The translations under genes were made by a program, and so were the position numbers. Positions 24,861 to 38,749 of a stretch of 64,000 nt of DNA are shown piece after piece; positions within the stretch are counted from its first letter, which is position 1; the number at the start of each line of letters is the position of its first letter. The notes beneath the pieces were generated by a model. It was given only the letters and a program-made list of their open reading frames with translations. It searched no databases and was not told the origin of the DNA. The stretch is from Camelus dromedarius (lineage: Eukaryota): contig NC_087436.1 of the NCBI RefSeq assembly GCF_036321535.1, positions 81,408,001 through 81,472,000 on the forward strand, written 5' to 3'.

Positions 24861-26064
24861 TCTAACTACTTACACAGTAATCAAAGCAAGTTTTGTCGTT
24901 TACCTAGGCACGCCTCCTTTCTATAGACACAAGAGAAAATATTCAAGAGAAAGTAAGTGATTTTCTCTCAGCCTTTAATACTATTTATTTCTCGCTGAAA
25001 AAAAATGTTTTGTAAACAGAAATCATCATTTGCTGTGGTTTTAAAGAACAGGAACAGAGAGATTTGTGGATTGTGATCAAAGTGGACACGAGATTTGTAT
25101 CTCTTAATCAAATTCAGTCTTTGCCAAAAGAGAGCAAGGGGAAACTCTGAGCTTCTTGAACAAGTCACAAAACCCCTCACAGGAAAAATGGAAACAGCGC
25201 TGAACTCAGAGCACCCTTGACTCGGACACTAGTAAGACAAGTGACCTTGGGTAAGTCACTTAGTCTGCAATGAGCCGATTATTTGGGAAGAGTTTCATAT
25301 ACTGTTTTATGCAAGAGAAAACTAATTTCAAATGTATAACAAATAATTCAACACACTTCTCTTGAGATCCTGCAATGTGCAAAGCATTATATTATAATCT
25401 GTTACATATGGAAAGCACTAATGTTGTTTGGAGAATCATAGCACTAAGTGACCAGAGGAAATTTAAAAGCTAGTAATGCAAATTGTAATTATAATGTGAA
25501 CTAAGTGTAATTAAAAACTTAATTAAATAATGTTCCGATGGCTTGACAAGGAAGTTAAATTCAGTTTTCTCTACTTTTCATTCTGTTCTATAGCTTTTTC
25601 AAATGTTAGGTCTTGAATTTATTAGTTTGATACAGTCAAGAACTTTAATCACGTCTTGAAAATGGAAATTCTCTTTATTGTTCCTGGGAAGTTAAATTTT
25701 TCTATGGTTCTTTAATTGAAAAGACTGAGTAATTGCACTACTAATCACCCAGTCCAGGTCATCAATCTTTTTTTTTCTTTCATTCATTTAACACATATTT
25801 ATTAACCAACTACTACATGCTGTAAGTCATCCTTGAATCCTACCACTCTTTATCCCAAACCATTTAAAATTCATGCTGACTGCTAGCTTCTAAACGTCTC
25901 TTTAATCTGTGGCCCATGTCTACTGTCAGGCCATTATCAGTTCTAACCTCTGTTACTACAGTTTATCCCCCACAGTTCATCTCCCTTTTCTCTACTCCAG
26001 TCCCACTTGACAGAGTGACATTTTAGAAATTCAAATCAGATAATGTTATTCTTCTGTTTTGCTA

Positions 26065-26260
26065 GTTTTTTTCCATTGACGTATATAGCTGATTTACAAC
26101 ATTGTATTAGTTTCAGGTGTACAATACAGTGATTCATAGTTTTCATAGATTACACTCCATTTAAAGTTACTATAAATATTGGCTATATTCGCTGCGCTGT
26201 TAGCCTCATAGCTTATTTCCCTTATACATGGTAGTTATGAATGGCTTCTCTTCGCCCTTA
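26065..26260 (-). mobile_element. L1 3'-end fragment
   Basis: gatttacaacattgtattagtttcaggtgtacaatacagtgattca motif. Confidence 0.7.
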
Positions 26261-26689
26261 GGATAGAGCGCATCCATCAGAATGTTTCGACATTCCTTCC
26301 TTACCTGGTCCCTGTTTATCAGCCTAAATGGTTTCTCGCCCTTCTCCACTGAATCACCCCCAAGGATTTGCAGTTCTCCCAACCCTCTCTTGACTCTGAG
26401 ATTTTTGCACAACCCTCTCTTCTGCCTTTCTTCCTTCACTTGGATAATTCCTGCTTTACCCTTCATATTTCTATTTAGACATTAGCCCCTCCAAGCGGCC
26501 TCTCTGATTCACATTACTGAGTTGGGATTTTTCTATGTGCTTCAACAAGCTTAAAATCTGGACTACTTATCACTCAACATTTACTGGTTTTACTTCTCAC
26601 TAGATTGCAGAGACTAAATCTTGGGGACAAAGATTGTATCTCTGTTCACCAGAGTCTAACACTGTACATAGTACTTAATAGGTATTCAA

Positions 26690-26960
26690 CAAGGCTTCTC
26701 TGAGAAGGTAACATTTGAGCAAAGAGGTAAATGATATTAATGGGGGAAGCCATGTGGATTTCTGGAGGAAGAATGCTCCAGGCAGAAGAATCTGCAATGC
26801 AAAGACCCCCACTGAGTGAGCTTGCTTGGTGTGGGAACAGCAAGGAGGCCAGTACCCTGGAGCAGAGCGGAAAGGGGGACGCACAGAAAATGAAATGAGA
26901 AAGGTCAGCAGGGGCCAGATCAAGCAAAGCAATGTTTTGCAAATTGAAGTCATGAAACAA
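26690..26960 (-). mobile_element. L2 fragment
   Basis: acatttgagc...ccaggcagaag...tgcaaagaccc...ggaacagcaaggaggccagt is typical L2 sequence. Confidence 0.65.
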
Positions 26961-27625
26961 GCTGATGGGTCATTACCAGCTCCTTTCAATGCAGCCAAGA
27001 AGAGTAGACTGAGAGAAAATATCAAGAGTGTAAAGGTTTTCCTTTAATTGTGTGTATGGGGGGGAGGGGTGGCAGTGTATGCATGCATGCTGGGTCACAA
27101 TATAAAACCTTTCTTACTATGGGTTATGATAGCAAAATTTAGAACAACACTGAAGTAGAGCCTTGTAAGTCACGGTGAGTACTTGGATAAGCCATGGTGA
27201 ATACTTTAGTTCTATTATAAACAGGATGAGAAGCCATTAGAGATAATAGCTGAGGAATTATGCAAACTGTTTCACATTCTCAAAGGATAACTCTAGGCAC
27301 TCTGGAGAATAGACCACAGGGGAAAACAGTAGGAGTAGAGCCGAGAGAAAAGTCAGAGACTACGACATGGTCCAGGGTGGAGATGATGTCTTTGTGGACT
27401 AAGGGATGAGAAGTGGTCAGGATGTACTAGAAGGTAAGGGCAGTAAGATTGGTTGAGGACAATCATCATTTTCTAGAGTTTTTCAGAGGCTTAATTAAAA
27501 TTGGATATGAGAGTTCTATAAACACTACAGAAGAGTCATACACAGGCCAGCTGAGTTCGATTCAGGCGACATGTATCCATCATATGCTGGGCATCAGCCT
27601 CTGCTCTCACTGTTCTCTGCACTCA

Positions 27626-28539
27626 GGCTTCTAGGGATTTTCGCCTAAGAATCTTTGCTGTGAGTAGTTTCCCTGCACAACTAATTGGTAATAATTTTGC
27701 TGCTAAAGATAAAGATAAAATAACAAAAGTAAAATAAAAGAGGGACATTAAAAAAGACATAATAAAACATTAAAAAATTAATAACAATTAAAAAATGTAT
27801 TGTGAAAAATGAAAATACAAAAAAAATATGAATACACTGAAAACATGTGTAGACTCACGGTGACAGTTGTATTTGGGTGCACCTTAGAGAAAGGGGTGAT
27901 ACTTCCTTTCTCAAAGTCCATCAGTGAGAATTCAGGATCTAACGTCCAACGTAAGTTCTTAACGATATTAGAAAACTCTGCTGTAAGTCTCTTGAGACTC
28001 CCCTGGAAGTAAAATGAGCAGACGAGGGACGCTGCTATCTCTTATCAATACATGTAATGGGAATAGCCTGTAGCACGGCTCTGACTACATTTAAACGTTC
28101 CAGCACATGCCCAGTCTGTATATTCACGAAATCATCTAAGTCAGAGTCTCTGCCAAATACCAAAATTCTGTCTACATCGTGTTCGCTACAGTTAAACAGC
28201 AACAAATTTTCACCATTTTCAGGAAACTTACAAACATCGTGAATCAGGTAACCATGTGGGGGGACATGGGACGATCTTGATTCTTCTCTTGTCTCCAACT
28301 TCAGTTATTGTGTGATAAATTTGGTAAAGATGGCATTAGAGGACAACCTGTTTTAACTGAATTAGCTAAAGAGTCGGTAATTAATGCTCTCACAGACTGC
28401 TGTGTATTCCTAGCTACCTATTTTATATTACCTGTTACTGGCATTATAACCAGACTGTTAAACCAGGTTGTCCACCACTTACCTTTTGTGGCAAAACTGT
28501 CCTACAGCCAATCAGTTTACAACAAAAATACCAGACAGA
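27626..28539 (-). mobile_element. Fossil Mutator-like (MULE/MuDR) DNA transposon, internally deleted, with a degraded transposase at about 27845-28440
   Basis: Frameshifted translation gives NGENLLLF..DRILVFG, WACAGTFK (DGTFK-like), YRLFPLH..PRLLILLPGESQETYSRVF and DPEFSLMDFEKGSITPFSKVHP, in MULE motif order. Weak TIR-like ends and a 6/8 TSD-like pair. Confidence 0.8.
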
Positions 28540-28997
28540 TGTACTCGATAGGTAGAGCTGAATTTCCTGCTCACAAGGAAGGTTAGAGCAGCAGAGTTGG
28601 GAAGATAGACATAATTTTAAAAATGGATTATTTCAGCATAATATGTGATATGATGATGGCACAGGGAAGCATCTGAAGAAAAAAAATGTTAACTTAAAAG
28701 TATGAGAAGCAACAGCTTTTATTGCAAGGCTTCCCACAGGTAAAAGGCCACATTAGCCTCAGTCATATGTTATACGACAAAAATAAGCTCTATAAAGGTG
28801 CCAGAAAAATGTTCTGGGTGAAAAGGCAGCACATTCAACACAAATATTGCTGTCAGACAAGTATCACGTGCTCCTCCGCCCGGCAGTCACAGGACAGAAG
28901 CAAAATGAGCAGGAGGAAAAAGGCCCTCGGCCTTCCTATACCAATAACATGACTCAGTGACAATTCATCCCAGAGACATTAACCAGAGAGCCATGTG

Positions 28998-29010
28998 CCT
29001 CTAGATGGCG
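28998..29010 (+). promoter_or_regulatory. Candidate CTCF motif CCTCTAGATGGCG
   Basis: Close match to the CTCF core, with a retained CpG. Confidence 0.5.
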
Positions 29011-29373
29011 GAAATGAGCAGAGCAGCCCCAGGACACAAATCCACAATGAGTAAAGAAACACAGTCACAGAATTAAGGAAAACAGATTTGTCTATACTTC
29101 ACTGTCATTAGAGGAATACTATCTATTTTAACTAAAAAATTAACATTTTTTCAATTCCAAAAATATTTGTATTAATTTAAAATATACATTCTTTTCATTA
29201 CAAGTTTTGCCTTTTTTCTCTCCGAGCACTGATCTGTCTGTAAAATGGTAGAGCATGACATAAACACTTTGGATTAATGATATTTTTCAATCAGGTAAAA
29301 AGAGTTCTGCTAATCTAGTAACTACTGCCCCTTTTACCTATGTAGATTCAATACACTTGAAACACTTTCCAAA

Positions 29374-29504
29374 ATTTTTTATTTAACTTATTATTGGGGA
29401 GGAGAAAATTAAGTATTTATTTATTTATATGGCGGTACTGGGGATTGGACCCAGGACCTTGTGCATGCTAAGCACATGCTCTACCACTGAGCTACACCCT
29501 CCTT
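29374..29504 (-). mobile_element. tRNA-derived SINE, camelid Vic-1-like
   Basis: Minus strand reads GGAGGGTGTAGCTCAGTGGTAGAGCATGTGCTTAGCATGCACAAGGTCCTGGGTCCAATCCCCAGTACC (A and B boxes), then a (TAAA)n A-rich tail. Confidence 0.85.
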
Positions 29505-30478
29505 CCTCACTTGGCACATTATATAAGGAAACATTCATGTACCACATTTGTATACAACATGTTTATCAGAAAAAAAATAACAAATATTATTGTAAATTCA
29601 TTTCTATTCTAAATCTCAATACATGAATTATTAAAATACCTCCTTTGTGAAGATTAACAGAACTTTCTAAAGGATATTGTGACACAGTGCAATAAGCACT
29701 GGTGTTTAGAACCAAGGGTTTTAGCTGTGGACTACGTAAAAGTCATCCTTAAATTTTGTAAAATAAGAATAATGGTACCCAAGGTAGTGGTAGGGCTTCT
29801 TTTGGCTGGGGTAATATAGAATATGTTCATGGATGGGAAGGTTAAATAAAATAGTCAATATGAAGGTGATTAAAACATTTCCTTAATATAATAAATATTT
29901 CCTTAATAAAATAAAATAAAATAATAAAATAAACATTTCCTTAATAAAATAATTCATTATTCTGAGAACTGCTAGGAGCAAGTAGTTACAAAGATGATGT
30001 AAATGAATGAGACAAAAGCCTTGTCCTCGAGTTGCTCCCAGAACAGTCATTTCTAAGGTATACATGGTGAGGACAGGGTGCTGGGGAGGGGGGTGATGAT
30101 GGGGTAAAGAACAGAATCACCTAAGGATGAAGGATTATTTCCAATGAATAATTTGCTCACAAGATTCTAATGTACCCCACACATCCCATCAAAAATCACC
30201 AACTTGATGAGTGCTGATGAGCTGATGACCATAAAGAATTGACGACTGTGTTTCTCAGGTATGCTGTGGAAGATGAAGTTGGAGAATCACAAGTTTCCAC
30301 ATTACAAACACAACCACAGAGGACTATGTGCCAATGTAAGGCATCATTACCCCTATTTTTCCACTTGGTACATTTCATATAATGAACTTCTTTGAAAAAG
30401 AGCATGTCTTCTCATTCAGTAATGAAGTAGTCTAAGGACTAATTTAAAAAGAAAATAATTCTAATTGAGCTTTTTGTT

Positions 30479-30521
30479 AATAAGACAGAAATAAATAAGA
30501 CAGAAATAATAAGACAGAAAT
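30479..30521. repeat. Three tandem copies of aataagacagaaat
   Basis: Copies at 30479, 30494 and 30508. Confidence 0.9.
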
Positions 30522-30789
30522 AAACCTGCAGCAAGTTATAGAAGTGGTTTTTATCATTCTTATGACTCTCTTGCCTTAGGTCATATAGGTTAAAACTATC
30601 AGGTTGAAACTATTTCAATTACACCACAAGCTAAAAAGTCCCTCTTTAGTAGCATCATGTGTTTTCAAAGTTTATTGAGCATTTTCACATATAATATCTT
30701 ATCTCTTAAAACATCGTTAGATAAGACATTTCATAGACGAAGATGAGTTGTGACAATTATACCACCAAAAAAATCTTGAAATCTGTCAT

Positions 30790-31415
30790 TCTTTTGTCAT
30801 CCCCACTGCCCCTGAAGTTCACTATCTCAACTACTCCCTAAATGGTCTTTCTGCCAGTAGTCATCATCCCACCCGTCAGAAAGAATGGTCCACCTAAAAC
30901 ATACATCTCTGATTAATATTCCTACAGTCACTCCTTCTGCCTTCAGCGTGGGTGCTCCCCGGCAGTGACTTACAGTGCTTCTTGGCCTGGTCTTCTCCTT
31001 GGTCATGCTGAATTACCTCACACACAGTTACTCACATGAACTGCAGGAAGACCTCTCTTCTCTCCTGACCTTCGAACAGGTTGCTTCCTTTGTGTAGACG
31101 ATCTTACTCTCAACCTCCATTTCATTTGGTTAACTATTGTCCATCCTTTGTGTCCCATTTAAGACTCTTCTTCTTCCGGAAAGCCTCATCTGTCCAATAA
31201 CAGATGAGTAACATACCATTCTTTTCAGTTCTGTAGCACCTTGTGCTTCCTTGCCATAGAATTTACCAGAGTGGTTAAAATTTTTCGTTTACTTATCTAT
31301 CAACCCTACTGTATTATAAGCAACTAAATAATGGGAACTAGGTCTTTTTATTACAATTAATGATTCCTCAGTGACCATCTGTAATTGAAGCTCAATAAAA
31401 ATTTAGGGAGTGAAA
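30790..31415 (+). mobile_element. Degenerate L2 fragment
   Basis: Pyrimidine-rich body ending gctcaataaaaatt...gagtgaa. Confidence 0.45.
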
Positions 31416-34400
31416 GAAGTGAACTTGTCCACGGTAGAATAAAATCTTGAGTCCAGGTCTAATTGTGGATCCTGAGTGGTTTCCACTGTGATCTCCTATC
31501 CAGCCACATCATGACTTTGGTCCCCACATTCCGTAGCTCTTTGTCACTCCCATTGCCTAGAACCCAGTGGTTTGAGGAAGCTAGATTTTATGCCACAGTA
31601 TTATAAATTAACTCACAGCAAGTCCAATTTTTTTGCTTAGATTGTTGCTAAAGCCTCTATTTGTCAGGGAGCTACCCATTACTTTAGAACTTCTCTGTGA
31701 GTGTGTGTGTAAGAACCCTGGCTAGGAACAGACTTCTCTTTGTGATTAAATAGGAGTCACAAGGCAATGGAGCCGAGAACAAGAGCAAGCCTGCTTCAGA
31801 GAAAGAAGTGGTGACAGGTTGCTGTCCCATGATAACAGCATTCTGGTGCATATGTCGTGAAATGAAGTCACCAAAAATGCTTTCTGCTGGACTTAGTCCA
31901 AAACAACAAACATCTTAGATAGGAACTTTTGAGAAAAACTGCCTGAAGCATAGCTGTTTTATCCCTCACTTCTTTCAGAGGAACATGAAAAGAGTTCAGT
32001 TTCAAAATGCACGTAAAAGTGGAAATCAGATCCTCCCTGGAGTTAGAAACTGTGGGGAATTTCTTTTGGTTATCAATTACAAGCCTTTCTTCATAAACAA
32101 CAAATTCTGTTCTTTCACAAGATACTGTGTACTTTATTCCATAAATGACTCTGTGAGTCCCAAATTAAACCTGCAGCAAGTTATAGAAGTGGTTTTTATC
32201 ATTCTTATGATAAATGGTCTTGCCATTAGAAAGGGACATAATAATTTTATTACAGTGCATACTCTGTGAAAGACCATAAACTTTTAATAGACTTATAAAA
32301 AGGGAGTGTAACCTTTTCTATATTCTGTCTCCTAGTTGGATGAATCCATTCTACCCTCTTCTCACACGTAATGGATGCCCTGGGGCCTAAGCAATGGTTC
32401 CACACTTGGGAAGAAAATGTTCAGATCCAGCCTTTTCCCTGAATCTGAAGGTTACTATGATTTAGCGCTCAGGAATGCTCCCCGGCTACCCCTTTTCTGA
32501 TTCTGCAGCTCCTCAAACTTCTAGTCCATAGACTTTTGGTTCTGAAGACATGCTGACTTCATCCCTACAGGTTTAATTTGGGACTAAAAAAGGTCAAAAT
32601 AAACATCCCTCATAACTTTGTTTTCACACGACCACACATTCATTTTCAGCATCATTAAGGATTATACTTTCTGATTATTTCCCCTCTCTCCTAGAATGCG
32701 AAACCTCAACTTACCTCTCAATCTTGATGACATAACCAACTCTAAGCATGACTTTTGAAACAAGATTGTTGAATAGCTTGACCCTATCATCCCCCCTGCA
32801 TAGTGAAGAATTTAGGCCTTTTTATGTGTTTTTTGCTGTCCATTCATGTTTCACTCTTAAGCTGCAATAAACAGCATATCTACTTTCTTTGAAAATGGGC
32901 AAAGAAAAAACAAATTTTGGGGGACAAACATGGCAGAGAAAAATGGACAGTACAAAGGAAGTCAGTCCTTAAGTAGGAGAAACGAAATGATAGCAAGCTA
33001 TGAGGACAGTGGGATGAGTCATTCTTACGAAACCCGTTCTTCACTGTAGAACAAACAGGGCCATCGTGAAGCTGTAAACCAACCTGTCAATAGAACCTTT
33101 CACAGCCAAGTTCCACAGCGCAAGAAAAATGAGACAGTTACTTGAAAAGCAGACACTGGCTATTAATCCCCATTTCTTGAAGAAATTCCATTTACAACTT
33201 GCCTAGGATCACAGGAACCTTTTCCATATTTTCAATTAATTTCAGAAGTCATAATGAAAATTGAAAGCATGGTGCTTTATATTTACCTGTCACTTCCCCC
33301 TACATCCCCGACCTAAAAAAAGTAGGACCTTTATAGATGAAAAGGGTCTTTCTGTACAAATAAAAAATTACCTCAAGGATATAACCTGAGATGTTCTAAG
33401 GACATTACTCTCTTGGTTCTATGACTGACAGTCAACAGTAAATTACACGTATTTTTGTAGCCCCCTCATCCAGAGCTTTCTGCATCAAACTAGTGCCTTT
33501 TAAAATATTAAGAATTAAATTTGGAGGTGAAAGTTCTACAAATCTCATAAAGCCCATGCACTACATCCCTAAGAAGACGTACACACACAATTACAGGCAC
33601 ATACGTGCAGTATGTTTTTAACAAGCCCTCGGAGGCGCATTTAAAGAAGCTCTAGGAGGAAATGAATGCCGAGTAAGAGAGCTCAGTGCAAGGCTGTGAG
33701 CTCCGCAGGGCGGGAAAGTGTTTCCCTCATTCGTGCATCTTCAGCTGTGGAACAGCGGTCAACATAGCCCACGGAAGAATACATATTTGTTATGTTGAAT
33801 TGTGCAGAATGGGCTTGTGCCTATTTGGGGATTTTTGAAAAAGGAGAATATACTTTTAAAAAGTTCATCATGCAATTAAACCTCATTGAATCTGGTAGAG
33901 ATGGGGCAAAGAAAAACATTTTGAGTAGCAAACCAGAGCAGATTTAAAAACTTGAACAGGGCTCCCCACCAAATAAGCATTACTGCTGGGAATAGAACTG
34001 GGGTGGCCTTCAAATTCCAAGGTTTATGTGTAATAATTAACGTGTGGGCCTTGAAGAAATTGTTGCCACCTCTGCAGAGCAGTATCAGTTTCTTTATCAG
34101 TAAAGGTTCTATATTGAAAACACTCATGATGATACGAGGGTGGGCAGGGATGCCTCAGAGCGGCCCTTGAACTCATACACACAGTAGGTTCAAGGAGATT
34201 CTCTTATGGCAGACAAAAATTGAGAGAGGGAATGGTCTAGTTTGACTGTTTTAGAAACACTGCAGGTAGGCAAACAGGCAGGAATGCAAATTACCAAGTT
34301 ATGTTTCCTAGAGTTTAGGCATTTTGATGACTTCTACTTATCCTCAGGCAGAGCTGTCTAACAGAGATTCTCTCTCCTGACCCACCTTTCTTTTCTGCTG

Positions 34401-37400
34401 TCTAGCCTTCTTCTTACTATAAAACGTGGTACGTTTTCATTGACAGAAAACCTGACAGTTTCCGATATTGACTTCTTTGCTTCTCTCTTAGGAACAGCTC
34501 TAAAAGGGGGAAAGCATTACTTGCTTTCTTCTCTCCCACAGTTTATGGGTTACACTACTTTGTGGCATCCTAGACAGATGCCACAATTGAATAATCTCTT
34601 TCTTTCCTGAATGAAAAGATTGAGAAAAATAAAACACACTCTCACAAATGCCTGCTCCCTTGAGATTTTCACAATACCTAAGAAGTCATCTAGGAAAGAA
34701 GAAAAAAAAAATCATAGATTTGGGAGAACCTGACAGGACATTATAACTCAGGCTTTCAGAGAGCACCAGCTATGGAATGTTCTAGAAAAATAATTTCTGT
34801 TCCCTTCCCACATTTTTAAAAGAATGCTCCCTCCCTGGTCTATTCAAGAGATTAACAATATTCACTGTCTAAAGGGCTCAAGATAATGTATGAAGAGAAA
34901 AACCTGAGCACAGATTCAATCAGTCATCAAAACAGGCATCTCCTGAGAATGAGCTACTCAGCTCTTCCAGTTTTGCCACCTAAGAACTGTATATGTTCAG
35001 TGGATTCTGAATATCCCAAAGACTTGAAATCGAGAAGAACTCTTCCTTCAGTAGAACAATTTGCTAAAATTAGAGACAAATGAATTAGTGTTTGAGTGAA
35101 GTATATGTTCTTTTTGTAAGTCATGGAGGAAAAGGGGCCACTTAAAGCAGGTGGCTAAGTCTGTCTACAACAAACATTTTGACAAGCTCCCGCCAACATA
35201 ATACATGGCAGAACAATCCCAGTGTGATTCAAAAGCTATCTTCACTCTAACAGCCGAGGCACTGGGCATATGAACGGTAATGTAAGTCATATTTTCTCTA
35301 GAAGGCAATTAGCAAATTGCTCACATTTTGCAGCTGAAAGAATACATCAGCATGAACAGATGGAAATTTGGAATTCCACAAGCGGCAGATATTAGGAATC
35401 TGAGACACTGATTTAACTTTCACCGAGCAAATGAGAATCAAAAAATATGAATTGCTCTTTCTATAATTAAATACGTAATTGGAGTGCATCAAATTCATAT
35501 CCATTGTAGCTCATATTTCTTCCTACTTATTTCTAAATTTATATACATTCCAAGCATAATAAACCAACTTAGAGTTCAACTCCACACTTAAAGGGTCTAC
35601 TCTGACAGATAGATGGCACTAAACTATTTCTCAAATTAAGCCTGCCAGGGTGTCACGCTAGCTTTTTCACAGCATGGTGCACGCTGCAATAAATAAGAAA
35701 TCGTAAGACTCAAAGAGGTAGTCCTTGTGTCAGGACAGATGGAGAGAAGAGCTGAGAGAGGGAGTCGGCCAATTTATTAACTCCCTGTGCGTAGAATAAA
35801 TCGTATTTAAAGGATTCACAGGAACATTTAGTCTGAAAAAAGAATTTAAATGGTGGCAATTTTAGAATAGAGAGAGCAGAATAATAATGTTTCACCTTAC
35901 AGCATCACTCAGTAACCTCTTAGTCTTTCCAACTCTTAATGGCAAAAGGTCACCAGTGACCTGCACCCCAATTATAGACCAGACTAGTGATAAGCACTTG
36001 GGAAACACTTAGACTGACTGTCAAATTTAAAAACACATAAGGAATGCTTTAGCGTATTATGGAAATGAAATTACTGACATTAAATATTTGAGGCACTGTT
36101 GTTAATTATTCTTTTCCCTGCTCTAAAATGGGGTAGTTTGTCCTACTTGTGGAAATATTTAAGAGAATTTACTTACAGTTTTTGATATTATTAAAATGCA
36201 AGAAGTAATCTGAGAAATGTTTTTGAGAATGATTTTCTTTACAAAAGCTCCACATAGGACTTTCCTGAGAAAACTCAATTTATGTGTTTTATCACATACA
36301 GTGATATGTCTAGTTGCAAATATGAAAAGAAAAAACCCTTTATAAGTTTTCTAAATTTTAATCCAAGGGAAAAAAGTATGATTGAAAGAATCTGAAGAAA
36401 AGTAAAGGGATTTTTTTTTTCTTACTAAAAAAGAATGTCCCTATCGATCATTAAGAAACAAACCTGTAATAAGATGACTAATAAAATCCCAGGTCATAAT
36501 CAGAGACATAACACCACGGAGTCTTTTTGTTTTAATGAAAAGCAATACAGGCTTCTTACCTATGAAATGTTGAGAGAAACTAGTTTTCGTATTATTTTGG
36601 TGAAATAGACTTTTCTTCCCCAATAAAGATTTCAGATTAGTCCCCAAAAATTCTTAAATAACTCAAATGTTGCATGTTATGTTTATTTAAATATTTAAAA
36701 GTTGTTTTTTTTTTTTTTTACAGTTTGAGAGTTTCTATTAAACTTTATATAATAAACTTCATATCCAAACTGGCTTCCTTCTCAGGCACACTAAAAGCAT
36801 ACCAAAACAAAATCTATTAACCCTTTACGCATGTGTCTATGTCCCCTGGGGGAAATGAAGAAACAAGAACAGTAGTTTCTGAATTTCAGGTTGTTGACTT
36901 ATTCAGAAGCTCTCTTGAGGACACGGCCTAACCTTTTGATGTCACTCACCAAAAGGAAACGTCAATTACAAAGACTTTAATCCCATTTCCTCTCAATGGG
37001 AGAGATACAGGCTATACAGAGAGCTGTTTTCATGAATAAGTCTTTTAAATCATCTCTTCTAGATACTTCATGTTTAACCGTGTTAGATTCACCGATTTAA
37101 TAAAGAGATTATAAAATACTTGAAGCAAGCACAGGCACATTTAATTCAGTGGTTTATCACCAAAAAGGGAACTACTGAGGGGCTGTTTGATTAGTAGATG
37201 CATCAAATTCATATTCAGGGCAGCTCATATTTTTTCTCATTCCTAACATTCTGAGTCTAGCAGGATGTATCTAATAGGTTTATAATTGAATATGTTTATA
37301 AGCCTATTCTTTCCCACATTGTTTTAGGAACTTTTTATGGACTCAGGAGAATTCAGTGGAAGATAACTGGCTAAACCATAGTTAGTGACGATAAAGATGA

Positions 37401-38749
37401 TACAAACAATAACTCATTCATGAAATAGGTAATAGAGCAAGTTAACACGTGATGTGCACAATCAAATGATACTAGCTTTCACTGCAAAGATATATTCAAG
37501 TGAGTTAGAAGTAAAGAAGGAGAATAATTTCCCACCATCCCTCTCATTCACCTGAATTTTATTTGAAGACCCCAGATAGTTGGTATATTTATAGATGAAT
37601 CTTTAAACCACACGTGAAGTCTTTCCTTTACTTAGTATGCTAACTGCAGGATTATTTGATTATTCAATAATAACCTACACATTTCTGTTACTAGAACATG
37701 ATCAGGACATTGATTTATATTCAAAGCCAAATAGTTTTTTTTAAATAGCACAGCTAGAGATAGATTATCATAATTTTAAAAATATAATTAAAAGCAATTG
37801 ATGCACATATGGTTAAGAACTGAAAGATAGTCCTTGCAATTTAGTTATAACTGATTAACATTGAAAGGGACAAGTTATTACAGATTCTTCTTACATTCAG
37901 ACTATTATATACCAAGCAAGTTAAATAAGATAGTCAAATAAGATAGATAACCCACATTTGGAGGAATTTATGCCCAGAGATGATAAGTTATAAGTTTCCC
38001 AAGCAATAAAAACTTCCCTTAGCTACTAACTGAATAAATATATTTAAGAGAATTAGAAAATCAATAAAAGCAGGAACCTTGTTTTTTATTTTAAACTCAC
38101 TGCTGAATCACCAGTTCCTAGGTCAGTGTGGGACACCCAGTTTGGCTTCAATAAATATTTACAGAGTGAATGCATAAATACTTAACTGTTAATAATCAAA
38201 ACCTACATGCATGGCTCTGTAGGAGCTGGATAAAGAAAGAGAAAGGGCTAACAAGAGAAGGAAAGACAAAGAAGAAATAATGAAGAGACTGAGTGCGAAG
38301 AAAGAATGATAGAGGCCTTTGGTGTGTATTTCACCTACTTGGCAGCAGAAGAGCAGAATGCAAGACACCTGCAGGGGAACAGATGGTGAGCCCCTCGTCC
38401 CCCGAGCACATGTTGTCCTGCGTTGGCTCAGCAAGCCGCAGGCTCCTCACCAGCCATGCAACAAACAGCTGAAAAGGTGACACCAACATATAAAAGACAG
38501 GAAGGCCACACATTCAGCTGAAAACACCATGAGAAATGCTCTTATGCCAAGAAATCATAAGACATGTGAGGAAATGAAACAGTTATTAGGAGTTTCTAGG
38601 GTAAAGGATTACTTCACTTTTACCCAGTGAAGCCCCTGAGCAACTACCCCTTCCAACCTCCAGTCTTCTCCTCTCCAGATCAATGTCTGACCATTGGCCA
38701 CTTTAGTTTTACTAAGTTGGAGGTTTTGGAGCTACAAGTGAGGAAAGAA

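Noticed and set aside
29430..29502. tRNA-Ala-like gene
   Set aside because: Degenerate B box and stems plus an AT-rich tail mark it as a SINE head, not a tRNA gene.
29870..29952. Repeated atttccttaata units with AT-rich spacers (array-like)
   Set aside because: Low-complexity slippage repeat in mammalian DNA, not a CRISPR-like array.
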